NCBI RefSeq assembly: GCF_004010195.1
Contig: NC_057719.1
Coordinates: forward strand, 85,712,387 to 85,776,386
Reading direction: 5' to 3'
Length of the DNA stretch: 64,000 nt
From: Chiloscyllium plagiosum
Taxonomy: Eukaryota
Shown: one piece after another, positions 27,006 to 39,325 of the stretch
How the letters are laid out: every line of letters starts with the position of its first letter
Position numbering within the stretch: the stretch's first letter is position 1
The notes under the pieces: generated by a model
Told to the model about the DNA's origin: nothing
Databases searched by the model: none
What the model saw: the letters and a program-made list of their open reading frames with translations, nothing else
Made by a program: the position numbers and the translations under genes

Positions 27006-27594
27006 TGTTGCAGAAAACTCTCGAGACTCGGACCTTGCGAACTGATTAGTTTATTACACGATATATCATGGGGAATTCATCGTCCTAACTGACTCAGTGT
27101 TATTCCAAAGTACATCAGGATAGTACAGGATTACATAGAGAAAACAGATGGGAGCTGCTCGTTAATTACACAGTTTGGAATGCTTACAAGTTGGTACTAA
27201 ATTAGAGGTTAGTCATTAAGTTCAAAATTAAAACACTATTATGCATTCCACAAGTGGACAGAACAAATGGTATCACCACCTGTGCTAGTTACACAGATTG
27301 CTAACAATAAGCAGAGATATCCCTAATTAACTGAATGACCATAAAGTGGCAATATCTCATGAAGGAAGTGGGACTAATTTGCAAGTCTATGTCAGCTTAC
27401 TACAGCCTGCGCTGATCATTCAGCAAAGGGAGGAAACTCTATCTTGGCACCTTAGGAAGATAAAGCCTACCGTTCACATTACCTCATAATAAGGAATGTA
27501 CAGCCAGCAAAGTTCTGGCCAGGGACACAAAATGGTTTCTCATTCGGATTAGGAAAATGGCTTCCAGGCAAAAAATATTAACTCTTCCCCAACA
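27006..27594 (-). mobile_element. Solo LTR (589 bp) inserted into a CR1
   Basis: Ends TGTTG...CAACA; perfect 5-bp TSD GATTT (27001-27005, 27595-27599); AATAAA on the minus strand near 27050; flanks rejoin as the CR1 sequence GGCTGGATAGGATTTATCCTAGG. Confidence 0.82.
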
Positions 27595-29050
27595 GATTTA
27601 TCCTAGGATTCTCTGGGAAGCCTGGGAGATTGCCGAGCCTTTGGCTCTGATCTTTATGTCATCGTTGTCTACAGGAATAGTGCCAAAAGACTGGAGGATA
27701 GCAAATGTTGTTCCCTTGTTCAAGAAGAGGAGTAGAGACAACCCTGGAAATTATAGACCAGTGAACCTTACTTCGGTTGTGAATAAAATGTTGGAAAAGT
27801 TTATAAGAGATAGGACTTATAATCATCGAGAGAGGAATAAGTTGATTAGGGATAATCAACATGGTTTTGTGAAGGGTAGGTTGTACCTCACAAACCTTAT
27901 TGAGTTCTTTGAGGTGGTAACCAAACAGGTGGTTGAGGGTAAAGCAGTTGATATGGTGTATATAGATTTCAGTAAGGTGTTTGATAAGGTCCCCACGGTA
28001 GGCTATTGCACAAAATACAGAGGCATGGGATTCAGAGGGATTTAGCGGTTTGGATCAGAAATTGGCTAAGTGAAAGAAGACAGAGGGTGGTGGTTGATGG
28101 GAAGTGTTCAGTTACTAGTGGTGTACTGCAAAGACCTGTTTTGGAGCCACTGCTGTTTGCCATTTTTATAAATGACATAGATAAGGGCATACTAGGATGG
28201 ATTAGTTAAATTTGCGGATAACACTAAGGTCGATGGAGTTGTTGCAAGTTACAGAGGAACATAGATAAGCTACAGAGCTGGGCTGAGAGGTGGCGAATGG
28301 AGTTTAATGTGGAAAAGCGTGAGGTGATTCACTTTGGAAGGTCCAACCGGAATACAGAGTACTGAGCAAAAAGTAAGATTCTTGATAGTCTCGATGAGCA
28401 GAGAGATCTCGGTATCCATGTACATAGATCCTTGAAAGTTGTGACTCAGGATGATAGGGTGTTAAGAAGGCATACAGTATGTTAACTTTTATTGATAGAG
28501 GGATTGAGTTTCGGAGCCATGAGGTCATGTTGTAGCTGTACAAAACTCCGGTGCAGGCGCACTTGCAGTATTGCCTACAGTTCTGGTCGCTGCATTATAG
28601 GAAAGATATGGAAGCTTTGGAAAGGTTTCAGAGGAGATTTACTAGGATGTTGCCTGGTATGGAGGGAAGGTCTTATGAGGAAAGGCTGAGTGACTTGAGG
28701 CTGTTTTCATTAGAGAGAAGAAGGTTGAGAGGTGACTTAATTGAGACATATAAGATAGGGTGGACAGTGAAAGCCTTTTTCCTCAGATGGTGATAGCTAG
28801 CATGAGGGGGCATAGCTTTAAATTGAGGGGTGATAAATATAGAACAGACGTCAGAAGTAGTTTCTTTACTCAGAGAGTAGTATGGGCGTGGAACACACTG
28901 CCTGCAACAGTAGTAGACTCACCAACTTTAAGGGCATTTAAATGGTCATTGGATAAACATATGGATGAAAATGGAATAGTGTAGGATAGATAGGCTTCAG
29001 ATTGGTTCCACAGGTCAGCACAGCATCAAGCACTATACTGTTCTATGTAA
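27595..29050 (+). mobile_element. CR1 LINE RT domain to 3' tail, frameshifted
   Basis: IYPRILWEA...VPKDWRIANVVPLFKK...NQHGFVKGR..LTNLIEFF...DFSKVFDKVP; RGHSFKLRG. Confidence 0.93.
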
Positions 29051-30061
29051 GCGTTGTGTGCAATTTTTTAAGGAAACACACATTGGGAAAAACTGATGCC
29101 CCACAACAATAAGATTTTAAAATGCACATTGCTTATCGTCCACTGAGATTCCTACCTTCTTGTTCATCCTTGAGTTTAATTGCTTCACCTTTGGCAATTT
29201 GGTTTCAGCTTGCAAAGCCTGAAATTCTGGAATCTATCTTCATCTGGACTTATGGTCTTTGCTTCTTGAATGCTCTGCTCCTTTAAAGCACTCCCTCAAC
29301 CTTACCTTTCTCATCAAGGTCTTCCTCATCTTAAAATATCCTGTGATGAGGTTCAATATCAAATTTTGCATGATAACACACCAGTCCGCTAAAATAAAGA
29401 TACAATATCAATTCAAGTTAAAAAGATAGAGCACTCCTGGTAATGAGGAAATGGTTCAACCCATTGTTTCTGCCAGATAAAAACAGTGCCATCCACTTAA
29501 CTGCAGGGCTTTTGATCTGTAGCCCTATAGTTGTTGGTACATCAAGTAAATACTTAAGCATTGTTTGAACTTGCAAAGAAATTTGATTCAGTTTAATGGG
29601 GGTAGGGGGAGGTGTTGTGGAAGAATCACTCAATGCTCTATTTAAAAAATTACCAGGAGACGCAGAAAACCCTTCATGAAATTAAACTTTAATCTTGCAA
29701 AATAAAAGTTGTGGGAGCCAGCAAAATGTCTTCCGGACTCCCCACAATTGTTCCCCTGCAATTTATACAGTTATTCTTCCCACACTTATCTGATGGCATT
29801 AGTATACCCAATCATGCTGGCTTGCTTTGCCTTTCTAACCTAATAATCGCCTGCTACACTAGTTCTCTCGATCACATTTAACCTATCGCATTACAGCACC
29901 GTCATCTTCAGCATTAGCTCATCTCCCAGTGATTTAACTAACCTATCACAATGCACTATCATTATCTGTTACTGGAGTCCTGTAACATAATCCCGGGCAT
30001 ACATTGCAACACTAAGTCAACTACATAACTTCCACAGTTAACTACATAACTTTCTTAGAGG

Positions 30062-30415
30062 TTATGGCCTGGTGGTATTATCTGTTAAGCCAGAGACCAA
30101 GGTAATGTGTTGAGGTTCTGGGTTTGAATCCCACCATTGCAGATGGTGGAATTTGAATTCAATAAAAAGTATGGAATTAAGAGTCTAATGATTACCATGA
30201 ATGCATTGCTGATTGCCAGGGAAAGATCCATTTGATTCACTAACTTCCTTTAGGGAAGGAAACTGCCATCCTTACCTGGTCTGGCCTACATCTGAGTCCA
30301 GACTCACAGCAATGTGGTGGACTCTGAACTGCCCTCTAGGCAATTAGGGATGGGCACTAAATGCTGGCCGAGTCAGCAAAGCCCTCCTGCTGTAAATGAA
30401 TTACAGAAAAAAAAA
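30062..30415 (+). mobile_element. tRNA-derived SINE sharing its 3' tail with LINE family B
   Basis: A-box-like TGGCCTGGTGG, B box GGTTTGAATCCC, tail GGCAATTAGGGATGGGCACTAAATGCTGGCC, A-run. Confidence 0.75.
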
Positions 30416-31033
30416 TTCAGAATTGCACCTCCCTTTGGCTGAACAAAAGCATCTCAGCAATTCTTCTCTCAATCTGCCATCAATTAATTTAAATCTGTGC
30501 TCCTTACTTATTGATCTACCAGTTTAAGCCCTTACATCCATTCTATCAAGGGCTTGATCATTTTATGCAGCTCAAATAAATCTCCTCTCAGGTGAGTCTA
30601 TTTCAGAGGAAGCAAGCCCAGGTTCAGAGACGAGTTGACAAAATGAGGCCACGGGTTTTGCAGATGAGTGGAATCCATTACCTTTGAAGAGACTTGTCCA
30701 CTGGAAGGTTGGGGGTAAGAACTAATGTTGGTTCTGACCCTCATGTGCCTGTGAGACCTGACCCCGCCCCTGGAAATCTTCCCAGTATTCAAGACACAGC
30801 CACTAAGGCCCCAGTGAAGAGAGGCTGAAGCTGCAAACTCCATTAAAAGAGGTTGAAGCATTGGGAATCCAGCAGCTCCATTAAGGCATTCCTCAATAGA
30901 GTTTGAAGTAACTCCACAGAGGCTGGGATCCCATCGCCATGTCACCCTTTATTTACCCATGGAGAATTCTGATTCAGCTCCCTCAGAACCAGCTCTCAGA
31001 GTGAGCAGAACCCCTGACACTCCTGTTGTGAGT

Positions 31034-31333
31034 GGACGGCACGGCGGCACAGTGATTAGCACTGCTGCCTCACAGCGCCAGAGACCCAGGTTCAATCCCC
31101 CCCCTCAGGCAACTGCCTGTGTGGAGTTTGCACATTCTTTGCGAGAGTTTCCTCTGGGTGTTTCAGTTTCCTCCCACAGTCCAAAAATGTGTAGGTTAGG
31201 TGAATTGGCCATGCTAAATTGTCTGTAGTGTTAGGTGAAGGGGTAACTGTAGGGGAATGGGTCTGGGTGGTTTGCGGGTTGGTCTGGACTTATTGGTCCG
31301 AAGGGCCTGTTTCCACACTGTAAGTAATCTAAT
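31034..31333 (+). mobile_element. HE1-like V-SINE nested in the LTR
   Basis: Similar to 5951-6258; TCCTGTT on both sides (31021-31027, 31333-31339). Confidence 0.88.
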
Positions 31334-31396
31334 CCTGTTTTTTTTTTCCTTTTCTTTAAACAGGATGCCTGAGACTCCTGTTTTTTTTTTCCCCAC

Positions 31397-33455
31397 TTTT
31401 CTTACACTACTGCCTGACAGCAGTAGCGCTTATTTTTCCCCAGCACCCATGTCATGTGTGTGCAGTTGTCTGACACAGTGAAAAACAACAAGTGTGTAAA
31501 TCTTTACTTATATTCCACCACCAGGAAGAAAGGAAACACCCGAGTGGCCAGTTACAAGCAGTATCATTTTCAATGGGCAATGTTGTGCGATCAAACAGTG
31601 AAGGGGAAGGCAGGGATTAAATCAAAATAGAGTTGGAAGGGGAAATAATACACTTCACTTACATTCCTGTTGATTGTTTTTCTCTTTCTTTTCGGTGCAG
31701 GTGGGGCCCAGGTAGCAGCAGTGGTAGCAGTCCCCCTGCAGTAGCAGTGCTGGGGTGCAGGCGAGCTCCAGGCTCCAGTAGTCGGAGCAGGCCCAGGTAG
31801 TAACAGCAGCAGCAGTGGTGGTGCTGCCTGTGCAGCTGAGCACAGCTTCAAATTAACAGAAGTAACAGAAAGAAGAGCCAGAAAACAAACAATCACAATA
31901 ACCAATAAAGAAAAGAAAACAAAAATTCAAAATAAATTCATCCTCAGTCGGAACACACCAACAGGCAGTAAATAAGATACAATAACTGGGTGGTTCCAGG
32001 TTGTTCAGGAGTTCCTCTCCTTTTCTCTATACAGAAAAGTGGTGAGTCCTTCACACACACTGATCCAGCTTCCTCGGAGCCAGCTCTCAGAGTGAACAAA
32101 GCCCCAACGCTCATGTTCTTTTTCTTTTCTTTTTAGAGTCCTGGACACTGATCCAACTCCCTCAGAGCGAGCTCTCAGAGTGTCAGGATGTTGAACACCC
32201 TTTTTTTAAATTTTCCCTCCACACTACCACCTGACAGCGGAAGTGCTTATTTTTCCCCAGCACCCATGTCGTGCGTGTGCAGGTGTCGAACACAGCGAAA
32301 AAATAACAAGTGCGTAAATCTTTATTTATATTCCACCACAAGGAAGAAAGGAAACGTCCGAGTGGCCAGTGATAAGCAGTGGACTTTTCAAAGAGCAATG
32401 TCGCGTGATCAAACAGTGAAGGGGAGGGCAGGGATTAAATCAAAATAGAGTTGGAAGGGGAAATAATACACTCCACTTTCACTGCTGTTTTTTTTCTTTA
32501 TTTTTCTTTTTTTTTGCTGTGTGATCAAATCTCCTGGTTTTTTTTTCCGCTAACCCCCACGCTACCGCCTAACTGCGGTAGTGCTTATATTTTTCCCCAG
32601 CACCTATGGTGTGTGTGTGCAGGTGTGAGACACAGTGAGAGACACAAGGTGCAAGAATCTTTATTCAATTCCACTATCAGGAAGATAGGAAAATACCCGC
32701 GTGGCCAGTGACAAGCATTGCCCTTGACAAAAGGGCAATGCTGTGTGATCAAACAGTGAAGGGAAGGCAGGGATTAAATCAAAATAGAGTTGGAAGAGGA
32801 AATAATACACTCCACTTACACTGCTGTTTATTTTTTCCTTCTTTTTTTAAATTAACCCCCACATTACCGCCTAACCGCGGTAGTGCTTATTTTTTCCCCA
32901 GCACCCATGGTGTGTGTGTGTGTGCAGGCGTGAGACACAATGAAAGACACAAGGTGCACAAATCTTTATTCAGTTTCCACCACCAGGAAGACAAGAAAAC
33001 ACCCGAGTGGCCAGTGACAAGCACTGTCCTTCTCATCACAGGGCAATGCTGTGTGATCAAACAGTGAAGGAGAGGGTAGGGACTAAATCAAAATAGAGTT
33101 GGAAGGGAAAATAATACACTCCACTTACACTGCTGTTTTTCTTTGCGTCGCTCTGGTTTTTTTTTTATATATTAACCCCCACACTACCACCTAAGTGCGG
33201 TAGTGCTTATTTTTTCCCCAGCACCCATGGTGTATGTGTGCAGGTGTGAGACACAGTGAAAGACACAAAGTGCACCAATCTTTATTCAAATTCCACCACC
33301 AGGAAGATAGGAAAACACCCGGGTGGCCAGTGACAAACACTGCCCTTCACATCAAAGGGCAATGCTGTGTGATCAAAACAGTGAAGGTAGGGAGGGTAGG
33401 ACTAAATCAAAATAGAGTTGGAGGGAGAAATGATGCACTCCACTTACACTGCTGT
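31397..33455 (-). repeat. Five ~280-bp copies of a Tx1-like LINE 3' end (approx. 31397-31671, 32208-32490, 32551-32830, 32851-33140, 33172-33455)
   Basis: Units colinear; minus strand encodes VECIISPSNSILI*-like ORF2 end, AATAAA-type signal, terminal hairpin and A-run; homologous to 44085-44268. Confidence 0.85.
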
Positions 33456-33659
33456 ACATATCTGTCAGCCAAGGTTCCCTGATTGGACCAGATTAACAGC
33501 CCCAATTAGGGAACTTTTATTCTATGAGGCCCACTTGGCTGACCTCGTTACAATCACTACAGAGCTCAGAGTACAAAAACAAGTTATTGTCGTGAACATG
33601 TCTAAAAGGACTAATAATGCTTCAACTACAGTATTTTAACCAATCTTGGATATTCACAT

Positions 33660-34110
33660 TAGGAAGATTGTGGAGGCACGAGAGAGAGTTCAAATATAAT
33701 TTACTGGAAGGCTTCCAGGGATGATAGCCGTCAGATATGTTTGCACATTAGTGATGAGGAGTTTGAAAGGAGATTGGATGGAAGGATTCAATATCTTGAG
33801 GGGTCCAGACAAATCAATTAGGCAACTTTTTCTCTTTAGGGCTGAGAAGCAAGTGGATATCAGTTTAAGGTGATTGACAAAAAAAATGAGGAAAATGGTT
33901 TTCATGTAACATGTGATTAAGGATTGGAATGTTCCAACTGAGAAACTGGAGGGGATAGAGTCAATCAGACTTTTGAAGGCAAATTTGGTAATTATATGAT
34001 GAACATTTACAGGGCTGACGAGAGTAGTAGGGGTGAGGGACGAATTGAGTTCTTGCAGAGACCCCAGCAGAATGTGTCAGGCTGACTGACCCCTCCCCGC
34101 GCTGTAATCA
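33660..34110 (+). mobile_element. Very old CR1 3' fragment
   Basis: Degenerate ERVQ..FT...PG, F..RV...WN remnants and 3'UTR. Confidence 0.5.
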
Positions 34111-34534
34111 AGTCTATCATTTTTACAATGCTCCGAAGGAAACAGCACTTTGAGAGTTGTTATAACCTGAAATGCCAAACAAAAGATGATGAATGTAATT
34201 TATTTGCTTAAAAATTCTTTTATTTCATTCCTGGGCATTTAGGTTTCAAACGAACAGACAAAAATAAAATTTCACACCAAAATCACAATGGCACAACATT
34301 AACTGCATTTAATGCAGTTTAACTCACACTCAACTCAGTGTTACATACCAACGGGAAAAGTGTAGGGTTAAAATGCAGTTTCAGAATTCCAGTAAAAGAA
34401 AGATTTGTTTCCTTTATATATAGTGCACTTCACCATTTTGGGCCTTTACAAATCATTTTATACCAATGAATTACTTTGGGAGTATAGCCATTGCCATAAT
34501 GTAGAAAATTCAGGGATAAAGTGGCCCTGTACCC

Positions 34535-34912
34535 ATAGGAGTTTAGAAGAATGAGAGGTGATCTTATTGAAATATATAGGATTCTGAGGGGACTTGACAG
34601 GATAGATGGGAAAAGACTGTTTCCCCTTGTGGGAGAGTCTAGGACTGGAAAAGGCGTTGTGCATTTAAAGCAGAAACGAGGAATTTCTTCCCTGAGAGGA
34701 TGGTGAATCTGTGGAGTTCTTTATCACAAAGGGTTATTGAGGCTGGGTTGAAAGGCATAATCAAGGCCAAAATAGACAGATTTTTAATCAGTATCAAAGG
34801 TTATAGGAAAAAAGGCAGGAAAGTGGAGTTTGGGATTATCAGATCCACCGTTGAATGGGGCAGCAGTCTCGATGAGCCAAATCAATGAGCCTAATTCTCT
34901 TCCTACATTTTA
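34535..34912 (+). mobile_element. CR1 3' end inserted in an ancient SINE
   Basis: EFRRMRGDLIEIYRILRGLDR...RMVNLWSSL...KAKIDRFL. Confidence 0.85.
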
Positions 34913-35289
34913 TAGTACCAAGGTCGAGAAAGCTCGTATAAGTTGTAATGAGATAAAAGTCAGGGCAATGTTGTTTGAAGGATAAGTGATTGTCAGGATG
35001 CTAGGGATCATACTTAAACTCTTTCTCAAAACATTTCCATTGAATCTTTTACACCTGAAAAGACAGGGAAGACTTGGTTTAATGTCTTGTCCAAAGGGCA
35101 GTGCCTTCAGCAGTACGAAGTTAAGGGTTTAGTTAATTCAGTGGGATAGAAAGCTGACGTCTGATACACAATGATACCAACAGCATGGGTTCAATTTCTA
35201 TACTGGCTGAGGTTACCATGAAGCACTCTCCCTTTCAACTTGCTTCCTTTCCTGAGCTGTGGTGATTCTTAGGTTAAACTGCCCCAGTT

Positions 35290-35290
35290 G

Positions 35291-35322
<32 letters not shown>
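35290..35322. repeat. (CT)n microsatellite
   Basis: Direct reading. Confidence 0.9.
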
Positions 35323-35328
<6 letters not shown>

Positions 35329-35854
35329 GAGATGGTAGTATTGTAGTGCATTTCCTATCACGCCCTTAGCCAAGAGTTTGTGCTCAAGTAGGACTGGAAT
35401 CTATAATATTCTGATAAAGACATGGGTATTAGCAATGAGTCAGAACTGATGTAGTCGTAGTTGGGCTGAAGTTAAATATAGGAAGGTAGCTAAATTGAGA
35501 ACACTACCCTCATTTTGCAGTTGTGTTGATTTCCTACACAAAGGGAGAAAATGTGCAGAGAAAGTCAAATGTTGGGATGCTCAATATTTTTCACATATAT
35601 ATTTGAGAAGGTGTAGTCAACAAACAAAAATGCTTATATTTCCACAAAGTCAACCCTAGCTCCTGGAGTGAAATGGGGCAATATTTGAGAAGCATGGGTT
35701 TGGGGGGCATAATTTGGAGGCAATATTTGAGGGGCACAAATTTGGGGTCAATATCGATGGGGAAGAAACCTTGGAGTTGGGGGAGACCCTTGGATGGGGG
35801 AGCAGGGTATTTCCAGGCCAGGGGAGAAAGACAACAGGAGAGGCTGACAGAAAA

Positions 35855-35922
35855 CAGAGAGAGAGAGAGAAAGGGTTGAAAGAGAGAGAGAGTGAACGAG
35901 AGAGAGAGAGAGAAGAGAGAGA
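35855..35922. repeat. (GA)n-rich microsatellite
   Basis: Direct reading. Confidence 0.85.
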
Positions 35923-35924
35923 GG

Positions 35925-36295
35925 TTGTCCTATGGAGGGAAAGATAAACTAGACTGGGCCTATATTCTTTCAAGTTTAGAAGAATGAGAGGTAATTTCAT
36001 TCACACAAGCAAAATCTTTACAGGGATTAACAGCTTAGATAGAGGAAATACTTTCACCTGAGTTGGGATTTCTAAAATCAGGGGATAGCTTTAGAAAAAT
36101 GGGCAGACTATTTAAGACTGTGGTCAGGAGGCATTTCTTTCCTCAGAGGTGAATTTTTGGAATTCTCTGTTGCAAAAGGCTATATCGTCAAGACCGAGAT
36201 CAACGTATTACAGAGATAGAGCAGGAAAGTAATGTTGAAGTGGATGATTAACCACAATCTTATTAAATGGTACAGCAGGCTTGAAGGGCTGCCCA
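35925..36295 (+). mobile_element. Old CR1 3' end just downstream of the methyltransferase stop codon
   Basis: RLGLYSFKFRRMRGN...; 3'UTR CAGGCTTGAAGGGCTG. Confidence 0.75.
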
Positions 36296-36405
36296 TGTTC
36301 TTAAATAAGATCCATCTTTCTACAGAGCAGACAAGTGGGAGAAACTTCATCAAAGAGTCAGCACTGACAGGATGGCTTTCTTCTGTGCTGTACAGTTCTT
36401 TGATT

Positions 36406-36818
36406 CTACATCAAAGCATCGTCTATCGTCACTGGATTCAACTTGCTAAGCTTGTACACATTGATATTTTTGTCCTCAACTCTGTGGACAAGTTCACAGT
36501 TGAAATATTTAGGCAAAAGCTCCTCATGGAAAGAGATAGAGTGGTTCCCTCTGCGCAATTTGGTAGAGAGGTAAATGATGGTCGATTCATAGCACAGATG
36601 CAGCAGAGTCTTTAACAGCAAGGGGTAGACGAGGGAGGTGTACACAATATCTGCACCCAGGATGAAATCATAGTCGGTTGGAAAGTTGATATGGTCTTTA
36701 CCCCAGGAAAGAGCACAGACCTTTGAACGATGCCTACAATCAGCAGGGATGTTAGCAGAGACGTTATGTTCTATCTGGCTCAACACATTCTCTTTGTCTG
36801 TGATAGTAACATCTCCAC
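36406..36818 (-). CDS. EEF1AKMT3: EEF1A lysine methyltransferase 3-like (METTL21B-like), last coding exon (413 nt)
   Basis: gtcAG|(G)GDVTITD...VCALSWGKDHINFPTDYDFILGADIVY...PLLLKTLLHLC...LLPKYFNCELVHRVEDKNINVY...*; post-I and DxxY motifs of the METTL21 family. Confidence 0.92.
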
Positions 36819-38716
36819 CTGACACGAAGAATGAAACATTGTCAGTGCCCATTTATGTGATAAATCAATTACCAAACCTAACTGGTCACAGAGAGAAAAT
36901 GTATGCATTGTATGTCGGCGTCATGGAGACTGGCACACAAGGTCGGTTATACATAGGGTTTTGAAGCATAGAGTCTGTGCCGTGCTGGGATTGTGATGTC
37001 AGGGCAGCCAAAATGTGCTGTAATCAGACCCTCTTATCTTCACAATGCAGCTTTGCATTTCAACTGATTTAGCTAAACACAACCTACTTTTGGGTGGCAA
37101 AAAGCCAGCCAGCCTGGAAAACCAAGCTATTAAATCATTCTTCAAGTGATGAGCAACCAGTAAACATAAACTTACAGGAGGACATATTTGAGTTGACACA
37201 GTGCTCCATGTGTCAACTGGTATGTGGTTGGAAAGGACAACAAAATGCACAACAATGGAAAAGAGCAGGAGAATTGGGGTGGCTGGATGGCCAACAAAAA
37301 TCCAGCACAACCTAATGAGACAAATAGTCCCCTTCTATAAAATATGTATTTATTTTACGAATTTTTTCCCAGTCCAAAAAAGATCTTTATCAAAAGAACA
37401 GGGTAGTGCTATTGCATGGCATTTCTGGCTTTCTGAAATTAAAAGCTTTCAAAACAAATCGTACAGAAATTATTGTCAGACAGCAGAGCTCAGTTACTGC
37501 TGCACTGTCATTTGCCCTTGTGCATTACTGTCGTGTATATTGTCTGCAAGTGATAATGTGGCAAAAGCCCTTTAAAACTACAGGATGTTTTGGTTCTGCT
37601 GTATCTAATTACTCTCTTCAAAAACACAGGGTAAAATTAACCAGGAAGGAATCTGTTCAATACACGTCCTTGAGGTACTCAGCACTCAAATGTGTTCTCA
37701 GGAATTCAGCGTTTTGAAGTTATTCAACAGCAGATAGAGAAAACAATTTAAATATTCGCATATTTAAGAACTAATGCTGGTTTGTTAAGTCTCTTGCAAT
37801 TAAATACCATGATCTTGGTCTTACGTTAAAAGGACATAGAAAACAATTTACTTAAGTGCTGACAGTTGTCCCCAGCTGTCCTTGTCATACTATATTTTTA
37901 AATAGGTTGTAGTGTAACATTACTGCAGGTGTTATTAATATCTACTGAGAAAACATCCCTGCAAAGCTGGGTTCAAAGCAAAGCCAAAAACATTTAAAAT
38001 GCTCAAAGTAGTATTTTTCTTTCTCGGCAAAGGGCCTGCTCAAATCAATATCTTTCCCAACTAAAAGGAGGCATGTGTATGTGCATATCTGTGCATGTGT
38101 CGACTCCCTACATTGCAGTTTTTCTGTCAAATTATGTGAGCCATGAATGCTAATTGCTGACAGGCTGTTTCCTTTATTTATTGCACTGTGTGCAACTTTG
38201 CAATCCCCTGGTCATTTCAATGATTTTAAAATATTGTCAAGTAGTGTTACCACTAATTACATGATAATGCTTATGTTTTTAACCCTGTTTGTAATATGAC
38301 CTAATTAGAAGTAATTTGAGGTGTTATTGACCCTGAAGGTTTTAAAAGTGACTAAATGGTCAAAAAGCGAAAACACCAGCAGGTATTTAGTGACATGTGC
38401 AACACACTATGTGAATAATTAGCACCTTGATGAAATTGCAGAGGCTATGGGAGAGTAATCAGTCAGACCCTCTGGTTGAAGCCAGCTTGTTGGACTGAAT
38501 GTCCTTCTCTGACAGCTGTTTTTTGTCATTTTTGCAATTTATTGCCCTTGAATGATGCAGTAACCCTATCAGCTCATCAGTAACTGATGTCAAATTGTTT
38601 CTAAAACAGAGGAGAATAGAGCCACACCAACAAAATCCACTTAGCAGACACCTCCAGCTTGCCAGGATCAAAATCAATGCATGAAAATTCACAACTTAGC
38701 AGTCTTAAATGACAAT

Positions 38717-38844
38717 GAGGAGAAAGTGAGGTCTGCAGACGCTGGAGATCAGAGCTGAAAATGTGTTGCTGGAAAAGCGCAGCTGGTCAGGCAGCATCCA
38801 GGGAACAGGAGAATCGACGTTTCGGGCATAAGCCCTTCTTCAGG
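38717..38844 (-). mobile_element. Penelope-derived mini-element (128 bp), best-preserved copy, in a methyltransferase intron
   Basis: Homologous to 50834-50962, 26545-26676, 63531-63675, 11776-11856 and the 17051-17155 terminus. Confidence 0.88.
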
Positions 38845-38851
38845 GCTTCTC
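38809..38851 (-). ncRNA. Minimal hammerhead ribozyme motif with intact core
   Basis: Minus strand CUGAAGA(38843-38837)-A-GGGC UUAU GCCC-GAAA-CGUC; predicted cleavage between 38816 and 38815. Confidence 0.7.
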
Positions 38852-39154
38852 AATATACAGAGCAGGTCATTTAGGACTGAGACTGAAAAGTTTTTTCATT
38901 CAAAGGGCTGTGAAACCTGTAGAGATCTCTACCCCAAAGGCTGTGGAGACCAAACTACAAGAAGTAGATAGGTACATTTTTTAGATTTTACAGGCAGCAA
39001 ATGGTATGGGGAACAAGTGGAGCTATGGAGCATTAAGATAGAGAATCAGCCATGATATATATGTGTGTATGTGTGTGTATCTGTATGTGTATGTCTGTGC
39101 GTGGGCATGTTATATGCAATATACATTTTCTTAACCATTGCACATTATCTTTCA

Positions 39155-39325
<171 letters not shown>

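Larger units (their letters stand above)
30904..33561 (-). mobile_element. Solo LTR (family of 23329-23564) expanded by nested insertions
   Basis: Minus-strand start TGTAGTGA (33561), CCAAT box, end TTACTTCA (30904), AATAAA near 30950; TSD GAGTT (30899-30903)/GAGCT (33562-33566); R-region pieces repeated at about 32058-32120 and 32136-32200. Confidence 0.78.

Noticed and set aside
31591..31905. 104-aa ORF with a signal-peptide-like start
   Set aside because: Near-cognate start, low-complexity composition, runs into a Tx1-like repeat inside an LTR.
31397..33455. CRISPR-like or RNA-gene tandem array
   Set aside because: Units are ~280 bp, lack repeat-spacer structure and match a Tx1-like LINE 3' end at 43915-44282.
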